Shown: positions 12,001 through 24,000 of the stretch, piece by piece
Layout: each line of letters opens with the position of its first letter
How positions within the stretch are numbered: the stretch's first letter is position 1
DNA from: Centroscyllium fabricii
Taxonomy: Eukaryota
DNA: 64,000 nt
Reading direction: 5' to 3'
Assembly: GCA_051313645.2 (NCBI GenBank)
Contig: JBNRSN020000018.1
Coordinates: 84,072,001-84,136,000, forward strand
Made by a program: the position numbers and the translations under genes
The notes under the pieces: generated by a model
The model's database searches: none
Told to the model about the DNA's origin: nothing
What the model saw: only the letters and a program-made list of their open reading frames with translations

Positions 12001-15000
12001 ATATCTCTTCCCACTGAATAGAAACAGCAGCAGGGCATGTATCTCAATATTGTGGTGAAGGTTCCTGCCATAACATTGAAATGACAGGACCTCCCACTGA
12101 CCTACATACTCTGGTCAGGTCAGCTCTGGAGGGCCCTGGGAGGTGTGACCCTGGTATAATCGCCAGGGTTGCTGCCCGAGTATTTTTTGAGACACTGTTT
12201 ATCTGGACAGCTGAGGTCAGTATGGATCTGTCTATTGTAAGAAGTTTCCACTGGCCATTGAAAACTCATATTTCCAAGAACTCCATTAACAGCTCGATCA
12301 AATCTATCTGACAATCCCAGACACTCTTATACTTGTGGAAATGATGTTCCTACTCTAACGGCCATGAGCTAGTTGTATTCTCTGTCAGCTCAGATAATGG
12401 TATTGAGTAGATTTAGATACAAGTGTATAGATTTAATTTTCGCAACTTTTGTGCTCGTCAATGTGAAGCAGGAAAGTACGTTTTTAAACCTATTACTGAC
12501 TCAGAGCCTCAGCGTGCAGTGTAACAGGTTGGAATGTTTTTCCTGCTCTATAGGAACTACATCACCAGAAGTGACACCGATTATCACTACGTCTACTGTT
12601 AAGTTCGGTCCGTTCAGTCTCCTTTGACAATAATCAAGCCGGACACCTTCATCTCATCCAAAGTTAGTTTATTGAGTGCTCAGAGACAGATCCCCAACAA
12701 GCTACAAGAATCTCAACAGACTCTTCGCTTGAAGAGAATAGGTCTAACCCTTTCCCTTCAAGCTCGACTTTATAAGACAAAGGAATGAAGTGATGTCACC
12801 AGCAGTCTCTAGATATCACATGATATCCAAGAAACTGGTCAGAGGTTTTTCAAGAATCAGGTCACCTGATTTCCCGGAAACTGGTCACAGGCTTTTCAAC
12901 AATCAGGTCACCTGATTTCCCGGAAACTGGTCACAGGCTTCTCAAGAATCCTTAGGTTTAGTTTAAGGAGGAAAGGCAAAGCAAAGAAGTACAAACTCAG
13001 TTACTGATGTAGTCCATTTCCACACTACCACCAGCTACACTCCTGATAAGTGACATCGGTTTTATACCTTGCACCAAGTCTGTCTCCACAGTGGATTGTT
13101 TCTAACTCCAGGTGGTTTGTCATTGAGGAGGTAACAAAACATGGCTTTCATTTTTACATGCTAAATGTTCCTTTCCAATTGTTTGCTTTGCAACTGTTTG
13201 TATCTCTGGTCATTAGGTTGTAATTTATAGGGCCGCTTTTAGGAAATTGTGCTCCTGTCATAATGTGTAGCGGGATGTGGTGCAATTCAGAAATTCAACG
13301 CCTATTGAAGGATTATGTTGCGATTTGCATTTACTCGCATGCACATGTTCCTGTTCTGCGTCCCCGGCAAGCGAAGCTCCAAGCAAGAAAGGTGTATTAT
13401 AGATTCTTATTTAATGCCACATTTTCAGTGATCAAAATTATTTGTAACACAATGTCAACACTAAGGTTGTAAAACCATATCCAGGAATGAGAGAAAGTCA
13501 TGTAGACAATCCATCTCACCCCATCATACAGATTCAGCTGCAAAACACCATTGGACTATCCCTCACTGTACCCAGCCCTAGTACAGGGCTCGCCAGTTTT
13601 TGTATCGATGCCCAGTAGAAATTCGAGATGGGTGGCCTCTGGGCAGTCGGTTCTTTGGTAGAATGACTTTCCCTCCACCACTGCTGCCCTTGGAAGCCGA
13701 TGAAAATCACCCCTTGATCTTTCAAATGATGAGTGTAAAACTAACATGATAAAACAATTTGATGCTAGATCAGTCATAGAGTCAAATGTTGTGCTGGCTT
13801 GATATTCTTCGCACCATTGTGATGAAATTGTGTAACTAGAATATGAAAAAGTATTTTGCAATCTGTATGGAAAAGCCATCAACCTTAGTGATGCACAATC
13901 AATTACTACCAGTCGATGGTCAGATGTAATCGAGGCTTTTATTAACATAGAACTGGACACAGATCCGATGATCTTCCAAGCCAGAGTGAGAGCGCTCAGG
14001 TGTGCTCGCACTCTTATACCTAGTGGGCGGAGCCTGGGGAGGAAGCCAAGGAGTGGTGTCCTCCCAGGTGAGTCCTCCCTGGCAAGAAGGCATTACAGTA
14101 CAATTACAGGGAGGGGACACAGGGGGGAGACATATATACAATATATACAAACAGTGGTTTACCACATTCACCCCCTGTTTAAAAATTTAATGTCGGGGGT
14201 GTACAATCTTTATTCTCAGAGGTTAAGTCTTTCTGGTGGTCTGGCCTGCCGACGCGACCGTCGCAGTGCAGGTCTTGGAGTTGATCCTGGGGTTGTCGGC
14301 CGTGCTGGTACCAGTGGTTGTAGGACTTCCGGCGGTGTGATATCCTCCGAAGTCGGTGGTGGTGCAGTCGTGTAGGGGTGGGTGTTGTGCATCATTCCGT
14401 CCCGAGTTTCCGGCGTGCCGTCCACTGGAGCTGTAAAAGAACCAGACGACAGCGTCTCGTGAAGGGGGATGGTGGTGGGGGGGGTCGGTGGTCTCTGGGG
14501 CACCCAATGCGCAAGGTCTCTAATGGAGACCGTGTCCTCCCACCCGTCTGGGAATGCCATGTAGGCGTACTGGGGGTTGGCATGGAGGAGCTGTACCCTT
14601 TCGACCAGGGGGGTCTGTCTTGTGGGCCCTCACGTGTCTCCGGAGCAAGACAGGCCCGGGGGACGTCTGCCATGCTGGCAGCAACGTCCCGGATGCAGAC
14701 TTCCTGGGGAAGCAAAACATCCACTCGTGAGGGGTGGCATTGGTGGCGGTGCAGAGCAGTGACCTAATGGAGTGGAGGGCATCTGGGAGAACCTCCTGCC
14801 AGCGGGAGACGGGGAGGCCCCTGGACCGCAGGGCGAGGCTGATGGCCTTTCAGACGGTGCCGTTCTCCCGCTCAATGTGCCCGTTGCCCCGGAGGTTGTA
14901 GCAAGTGATCCTGCTCGTTGCAATCCCTTTGGACAGCAGGTACTGGCGCAGCTTGTCACTCATGAATGACGACCCCCTGTCTGTGTGAATATAGTTGGGG

Positions 15001-18000
15001 TAGCCGAACATGGTGAAGATGCTGTGCAGACACCTGATGGTTGTGGCTGTGGTCATGTCTGGGCAAGGGATTGCAAAGGGGAAGCGTGAGTACTCATCGA
15101 TGACTGTCAGGAAGTTCCCCATTCCTGTTGGTGGAGGGGAGGTGGCCCTTGAAATCGACGCTCAGTCGTTCGAAGGGGCTGGTGGCCTTGACCAAGGTGG
15201 CTCTGCTAGGTAGGAAAAAATTTGGTTTGCACTCCGCACAGGTGGGGCAGTGCCTGGTGATGTCCCGGAGGTCCGAAACGGAGTAGGGCAGGTTGTGGGA
15301 CTTCACGAAGTGATAGAGCCGGGTGAATCCGGGGAGGCAGAGGCCATTGTGGATGGCTTGCAGTCTATCCACTTGTGCGCTGGCACAGGTTCCATGGGAT
15401 AGTGTGTCCGGGGGCTCATTGAGTTTACCGGGCCGGTACAAGATGTCATAATTATAGGTGGACAGTTCAATTCTCCACCGTAGGATTTTGTCATTTTTTA
15501 TTTTACCCCGCTGGTTGTTACTAAACATGAAAGCCACCGACCGCTGGTCAGTGAGCAGGGTAAATCTTCTACCGGCCAGGTAGTGTCTCCAGTGCCGCAC
15601 CGCTTCCACGATGGCCTGGGCCTCCTTCTTCACTGATGAATGCCTGATTTCGGGACCGTGGAGGGTGCGGGAGAAGAAGGCTACCGGCCGACCAGACTGG
15701 TTGAGAGTGGCGGCCAGGGCAAAGTCAGAGGCATCACTTTCCACCTGGAACGGGGTGGATTCGTCCACAGCGTGCATGGTCGCCTTGGCGATGGCTGCTT
15801 TGATGCTGTCGAAGGCTGCACGAGTGTCGTTCGACAGGGGGAAGGAGGTGGATTTCAGGAGGGGGCGGGCTCTGTCAGCGTACTGGGGGACCCATTGGGC
15901 GTAGTACGAAAAGAAGCCCAGGCACCTTTTCAGGGCCTTCGGGCTCTGGGGGAGGGGGAGCTCCATGAGGGGGCACATGCATTCGGGGTCCGGGCCAATG
16001 ACCCCGTTTGCCACGACGCACCCCAGGATGGCGATGTGGGTGGTGCAGAAAACGCATTTTTCCTCATTGTAGGTGAGGTTGAGGCGCTCGGCGGTGTGGA
16101 GGAATCTGGCCAGGTTGGCATTGTGGTCCCTGATGTCGTGGCCACAGATGGTGACGTTGTCGAGGTAGGGGAAGGTAGCCAGCAGCCCGTTTCGGTCCAC
16201 CATCCAGTCCATCTCCCGTTGAATGACCGACACGCCATTTGTGACCCCGAAAGGGACCCTCAGAAAGTGGTAGAGGCGGCCATTCGCCTCAAAGGTGGTG
16301 AAGTGGCAGTCTCCAGGGTGGATGGGGAGCTGATGGTATGCTGACTTAAGGTCAATTGTAGAGAACGCCCTGTACTGCGCAATCTCATTGACCATGTCTG
16401 AGATGCGAGGCAGGGGGTATGCGTCCAATTGGGTGAAACGGTTTATCGTCTGGCTGTTATCGATGACCAGGCGGTGTTTGGTGCCAGTCTTGACGACTAC
16501 AACCGGATCCGGATCAGGCACCTGGAGAATGGGAGCAGAGGTGAACCGGGACCTGAGACCTCGAAAAGCCTCCTCTGCTGCGGAAGACCACAGAAACGGC
16601 ACCTTAGAGGACGTAAGGGCCGATAACGGGGCCGCTACCATGCTGTAGCCGCGAATGAACCTTCGATAGAAGTTAGCGAACCCCAGGAACCACTGTAGCT
16701 ATTTACGTGTCTCCGGAATAGGCCAAGACGCGACAGCTGACACCTTCTCTGGATCCATCTGCATGCTCCCCTGCGCAATGATGTACCCCAAGAAAGATAT
16801 GGTAGTGACGTGAAACTCACACTTCTCCACCTTCACAAATAAAGAGTTCTCGAGGAGCCGTTGCAGGACAGTCCGGACATGGTGAACATGCTACTCACGA
16901 GACTGAGAAAAAATCAAAATGTCGTCCATGTAAACGAACACGAACTGGTTCAGCATGTCCCTTAACACGTCATTCACCAAGGCTTGGAATACCGCCGGGG
17001 CGTTGGTTAACCCGAACGGCATTACAAGGTATTCATAATGACCAGAGGGAGTGTTGAAAGCTGTCTTCCATTCATCGCCCTCTCGGATCTGGACCAGGTG
17101 ATAGGCGTTACGAAGGTCAAGCTTGGTAAAGATGATCGCCCCTTGTAGCAACTCAAAGGCAGAAGAGATGAGTGGAAGAGGATACCGGTTCTTTATTGTG
17201 ATGTCATTTAGACCCCTGTAGTCGATGCATGGTCGCAGCGACCCGTCCTTCTTAGCAACAAAAAAGAATCCAGCCCCAGCAGGTGATGAAGAGGGACGGA
17301 TGATCCCCGCCGCTATAGAGTCGCTGATGTACGCTTCCATGGCCTCCCTCTCAGGTGCAGACAAGGAATACAGGCGTCCCTTGGGTGGGGAAGATCCTGG
17401 CTACAGATCAATGGCGCAGTCGTAGGGGCGATGTGGAGGCAACGACGTGGCTCTAGCCTTGCTGAATACCTCCCTAAAATCGTGGTATTCAGTGGGGACC
17501 ACCGAAAGATCTGGAGCGGGAAGAGGTGTTAATGGCTTTCGGGAGACGGTGGCCTGTTTCAGACAGACCTGGTGACAGGAGGAACTCCACCCCAGAATGG
17601 TTCCCGTGTTCCAGTCAATATGGGGGTTGTGGCGGCGAAGCCAAATGTGTCCCAGAATCAAAGGAAGCCGAGGTGATTTCAGGATATGAAACTGAATACT
17701 TTCATAATGATTACCAGACATAAGCATGTGAACCGGTGAGGTCTGATGTGTCACCGTTCCCAGGAGGTGACCGTCGAGGGCATTGGCAGGAACCGGCTGC
17801 GGCAGTGGAACCCGGTCAATCTCCAGCTGCGTGACAAGCTCCTCATCAATAATATTAACGTTGGCTCCAGAGTCAATAAAGGTAGCGAGAGTCTGGGAAC
17901 CACTGGGAAGCAGAAGTTTGGCCTGGCACAAGGGTCGTAGATTGGGAGAGAGTCTTGTAGAAATTTGGCTCAACAGTATGACCCCATCTACTGGTGAGCC

Positions 18001-21000
18001 CGGCCTTTTGCTGGGCATCGGGAAACAAAATGGCCGGCCTGGCCACAGTACAGACAGAGATTCCCCTGGTGGCATCGTTCACGCTCCTCTAATGAGAGAC
18101 TGGTGCGACCCAACTGCATCGGTTCGGGGCCCTCTGACTGTGACCTTGCTGTAGCAGTAGGCCTGGGTGCCACGAAAATCTCTTGAGATCGGTTCGGAGG
18201 AGGTCGACCAGTCGTTCCCAGTCGTCTCTCACGTCTCCGCGCCTGGATACGGAGGTAAATCCTGGTGGCAAGCCTAATTAGTTCATCCAGGTTGGAGGGG
18301 AGATCATAGGAGACCAGTTCATCCTTGATGTACTCTGCAAGCCCATGGAGAAAAACGTCACATAATGCAGCAGAGTTCCAATCACTCTGACGAGCTCTGA
18401 TTCGGATATCTATGGAATAGTCGGCCACTGTCTGATTACCCTGGCTCAGATTCATGAGTCCCCGACCTGCGTCAGAGCCGTAGGTCACCATGCCGAACAC
18501 CTTTCTTAATTCGATGGCAAACATCTGGAAGAAAGAGCAAGCCAGACTCTCTCTCTCCCACTCGGTGGTTCCCCAGAGGCGAGCTCTTCCTGTTAGGTGG
18601 TTAATAGCAAAGTCTACCTTTGCTGCCTCATCGGCAAAGGTGTGGGGCTGCAATGCAAAAAGAATGGAACAGTTTGTGAGGAAGGGATTGCATTCCTCAG
18701 GTTTTCCAGTGTGAGGCCTTGTGGGTGAGGCATGGGTGCCGACACCGATGCTGGAGCAAGAACTGGCGGTGGTGGGATCCCTTCCGGGTCCGTAGCTGCC
18801 CGCTGGATCAGGGCGGCGGTTAGCCGCTCCATTTGAGCATATAGCTTCCCCAAGGCCTGCCCCTGGTGCCTTAGGGCGCCCTCGATCTGCGCAAGGCAAT
18901 CCGGTGTGTCTGCTGGGTCCATTTCTGGCCAGATCGTACTGTAATGGGTGTAGGTTGAGCCCAAATGCAATACACCGAAACAGCATATGTAGAAGTAAAC
19001 GACTTTATTTCTGAGCAGTAGAAGACACTGGTAACAGCGGGTCGATATATAGGCAGAAAGTTCACGGAGGCAACAAGTCCAAAACAGAGGTCAGGCAGAA
19101 GAGAATCCAAATACCAAAAACAGATCAATACCGGGTAGTCAGTCCACGAAAGCGACAAATCCAAACGGGGTCAGGCAGAAGAGAATCCAAATTCCCAAAA
19201 CAGATCAATACCGGGTAGTCAGTCCACAAAAGCGACAAATCCAAACGGGGTCAGGCAGAAGAGAGTCCACCATCCAGAAAGCAGGTCAGTATCTCGAACA
19301 GGCAGGATAAGAGAGCTAAGAACAAACACAGGTACCTCAGTCAGAAAGCACAAAATGATCTGGCAACCACTGGGTAGAAAACATGGGTTTAAATACAGCT
19401 CCTGATTGTCACTGGTGACTCTCGGCTGTTCAATCAGGTGCGAGCAGTAGAGCTAACGAGGTGGTTGCCAAGCAGAGCTAATAAGGTAGTTGCCAGTTAA
19501 AGAGGAAGAGCCAACCTATGACACTTGGAGGTGTGACCCTGGTATAATCGCCAGGGTTGCGGCCCGAGTATTTTCAGAGACACTGTTTATCTGGACAGCT
19601 GAGGTCAGTATGGATCTGTCTATTGTAAGAAGTTTCCACTGGCCATTGAAAACTCATGTTTCCTGGAACTCCATTAACAGCACGATCAAATCTATCTGAC
19701 AATCCCAGACACTCTTATACTTGTGGAAATGATGTTCTTACTCTAAGGGCCATGAGCTAGTTGTATTCTCTGTCAGCTCAGATAATTGTATTGAGTAGAT
19801 TTAGAGACAAGTGTATAGATTTAATTTTTGCAACTTTTGTGCTCGGCCATGTGCAGCAGGAAAGTACGTTTTTAAACCTATTACTGACCCAGAGCCTCAG
19901 CGTGCAGTATAACATGTTGAAATGTTTTTCCTGCTCTATAGAAACTACATCACCAGAAGTGACACCGATTATCACTACGTCTACCATCAGCTACACTCCT
20001 GGTAAGTGACACTGGTTTTATACCTTGCACCAATCCTGCCTCCACAGTGGATTGTTTCTAACTCCATGTGGTCTGTCATTGAGGAGATAACAAAACACAG
20101 CTTTCATTTTACATCTCAGATATTTATTTATAATTGTTTGCTTTAGAAATATTTGTATCTCTGGTCATTACCTGGTAACTTATAGGGCAACCTTTAGGAA
20201 CTTGTGCTCCTGACATAACATTTAGCGGAATGTGATGCAAATCAGAAATTTGATGCCAATTGAAGGATTATTGTGCGATGTGCATTTACTCGCATGCCCA
20301 TGTTCCCTTTCTGAGCCCCCGGCAAGCGAAGCTTCGAGCAAGAAAGGTGTATTATAGATTCTTATTTAGCGCCATTTTTTCAGTTATCAAAATTATTCGT
20401 CACACAATGTCAACACTAAGGTTGGAAAACCAAATCCAGGAATGAGAGAAAGTCGTGTGGACAATCCATCCACCCCATCATACAGGTTCATCTGCAAAAC
20501 TCTATTGGACTATTCCTCACCGTACCCAGCCCTAGTACAGGGCTCGCCAATTTTTGTTTCGATGCCCAGTAGAAATTCGAGATGGGCGGCCTCTGGGCAG
20601 TCGGTTCTTTGTTAGAATGACTTTCCCTCTGCCACTGCTGCCCTTGGAAGCCGATGAAAATCACCCCTTGATCTTTCAAATGATGAGTGTAAAACAATTT
20701 GATGCTAGATCAGTCATAGAGTCAAATGTTGTGCTGGTTTGATATTCTTCGCACCATTGTGGTGAAATTGTGTAACTAGAATATGAAAAAGTATTTTGCA
20801 ATCTGTATGGAAAAGCCATCAAATTTAGAATAGCTTTTATGTGCTCATGATGTTCCGGGCTAACATAGGGCTCTCCTGCATTATAAGCCAATATTCTGTC
20901 CACACACATATCAAGAAAGTGACAAATGCATCAGTGGACATGGCCAGCAATTTCATATCTCTTCCCACTGAATAGAAACAGCAGCAGATCATGTGTCTGG

Positions 21001-24000
21001 ATATTGTGGTGAATGATCCTGCCATAATATTGAAATGAAAGCACCTCCCACTGACCTACATAGTCTGGTCAGGTCAGCTCTGGAGTTCCCTGGGAGGTGT
21101 GACCCTGGTATAATCGTCAGGGTTGCTGCCCGAGTATTTTCAGAGACACTGTTTATCTGGACAGCTGAGGTCAGTATGCATCTGTCTATTGTAAGAAGTT
21201 TCCACTGGCCATTGAAAACTCAGGTTTCAGAAACTCCAATAACAGCTCGATCAAAACTATCTGACAATCCCAGACACTCTTATACTTGTGGAAATAATGT
21301 TCTTACTCTAAGGGCCATGAGCTAGTTGTATTCTCTGTCAGCTCAGACAATTTTATTGAGTAGAGTTAGATACAAGTGCATAGATTTAGTTTTTGCAACT
21401 TTTGTGCTCGGCTATGTGCAGCAGGAAAGTACGTTTTTAAACCTGATACAGGCTCAGAGCCTCAGCGTGCAGTGTAACAGGTTGAAATGTTTTTCCTGCT
21501 CTATAGAAACGACATCACCAGAAGTGACACCGATTATCACTACGTCTACCACCAGCTACACTCCTGGTAAGTGACAGCGGTTTTATACCTTGCACCAAGT
21601 CTGTCTCCACAGTGGATTCTTTCTAACTCCATGTGGTCTGTCATTGAGGAGGTAACAAAACACAGCTTTCATTTCTACATCTTGGATATTTAATTTTAAT
21701 TGTTTGCTTTAGAAATATTTGTATCTCTGGTCATTACCTTGTAACTTATTGGGCAACTTTTAGGAACCTGTGCTCCTGACATAATATTTAGCGAATGTGA
21801 TGCAAATCAGACATTTGATGCCAATTGAAGGATTATTTTGCGATGTGCATTTACTCGCATGCTCATGTTCCCTTTCTGAGCCCCCGGCAAGCGAAGCTCC
21901 AAGCAAGAAAGGTGTATTATAGATTCTTATTTATTGCCACGTTTTCAGTTATCAAAATTATTCCTCACAAAATGTCAACACTAAGGTTGGAAAACCATAT
22001 CCAGGAATGAGAGAAAGTCATGTAGCTGATCCATCTCACCCCATCATACAGGTTCAGCTGCAAAACACTATTGGACTATTCCTCCCCATACCCAGCCCCA
22101 GTACAGGGCTCGGCAGTTTTTGTTTCGATGCCCAGTAGAAATTCGAGATGGGCGGCCTCTGGGCAGTCGGTTCTTTGTTAGAATTACTTTCCCTTCGCCA
22201 CTACTGCCCTTGGAAGCCGCTGAAAATCACTCCTTGATCTTTCAAATGATGAGTGTAAAACGAACATGATAAAACAATTTGATGCTAGATCATCATAGAG
22301 TCAAATGTTGTGCTGGCTGGATATTCTTTGCACCATTGTTGTGAAATTGTGTAACTAGAATATGAAAAAGTATTTTGCAATGTGTATGGAAAAGCCATCA
22401 ACCTTAGAATAGCTGTTATGTGTTCATGAAGTTCCGGGCTAGCATAGGGCTCTCCTGCATTATAAGCCAATATTCTGTCCACACACATATCAAGAAAGTG
22501 ACAAATGCATCAGTGGACATGACCAGCAATTACATATCTCTTCCCATTGAATAGAAACAGCAGCAGGGCATGTGTCTGAATATTGTGGTGAAGGTTCCTG
22601 CCATAATATTGAAATGACAGGATCTCCAACTGACCTACATACTCTGGTCAGGTCAACTCTGGAGGGCCCTGGGAGGTGTGACCCTGGTATAATTGCCAGG
22701 GTTGCTGCCCGATTATTTTCAGAGACACTGTTTATCTGGACAGCTGAGGTCAGTATGGATCTGTCTATTGTAAGAAGTTTCCAATGGCCATTGAAAACTC
22801 ATGTTTCCTGGAACTCTATTAACAGCACGATCAAATCTATCTGACAATCCCAGACACTCTTATACTTGTGGAAATGATGTTCTTACTCTAAGGGCCATGA
22901 GCTAGTTGTATTCTCTGTCAGCTCAGATAATTTTATTGAGTAGATTTAGATACAAGTGTATAGATTTAATTTTTGCAACTTTTGTGCTCGGCTATGTGCA
23001 GCAGGAAAGTATGTTTTTAAACCTATTACTGACCCAGAGCCTCAGCGTGCAGTGTAACATGTTGAAATGTTTTTCCTGCTCTATAGAAACTACATCACCA
23101 GAAGTGACACCGATTATCACTACGTCTACCATCAGCTACACTCCTGGTAAGTGACACTGGTTTTATACCTTGCACCAATCCTGCCTCCACAGTGGATTGT
23201 TTCTAACTCCATGTGGTCTGTCATTGAGGAGATAACAAAACACAGCTTTCATTTTTACATCTCAGATATTTATTTATAATTGTTTGCTTTAGAAATATTT
23301 GTATCTCTGGTCATTACCTGGTAACTTATAGGGCAACCTTTAGGAACTTGTGCTCCTGACATAACATTTAGCGGAATGTGATGCAAATCAGAAATTTGAT
23401 TCCAATTGAAGGATTATTGTGCGATGTGCATTTACTCGCATGCCCATGTTCCCTTTCTGAGCCCCCGGCAAGCGAAGCTTCGAGTAAGAAAGGTGTATTA
23501 TAGATTCTTATTTATTGCCATTTTTTCAGTTATCAAAATTATTCGTCACACAATGTCAACACTAATGTTGGAAAACCAAATCCAGGAATGAGAGAAAGTC
23601 GTGTGGACAATCCATCCACCCCATCATACAGGTTCATCTGCAAAACTCTATTGGACTATTCCTCACCGTACCCAGCCCTAGTACAGGGCTCGCCAGTTTT
23701 TGTTTCGATGCCCAGTAGAAATTCGAGATGGGTGGCCTCTGGGCAGTCGGTTCTTTGTTAGAATGACTTTCCCTTCGCCACTGCTGCCCTTGGAAGCCGA
23801 TGAAAATCACCCCTTGATATTTCAAATGATGCGTGTAAAACTAACATGATAAAACAATTTGATGCTAGATCAGTCATAGAGTCAAATGTTGTGGTGGCTT
23901 GATATTCTTCGCAACATTGTGGTGAAATTGTGTAACTAGAATATGAAAAAGTACTTTGCAATCTGTATGGAAAAGCCATCAACCTTAGAATAGCTTTTAT

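Noticed and set aside
15094-16641. 515-aa ORF as one intact polyprotein
   Set aside because: Chimera of two elements; catalytic motif is YLDN and the integrase is frameshifted.
17988-18986. Domesticated PEG10/RTL1-like gene
   Set aside because: It has an LTR, a gag frameshift and several pol stops, so it is a decayed retrotransposon.
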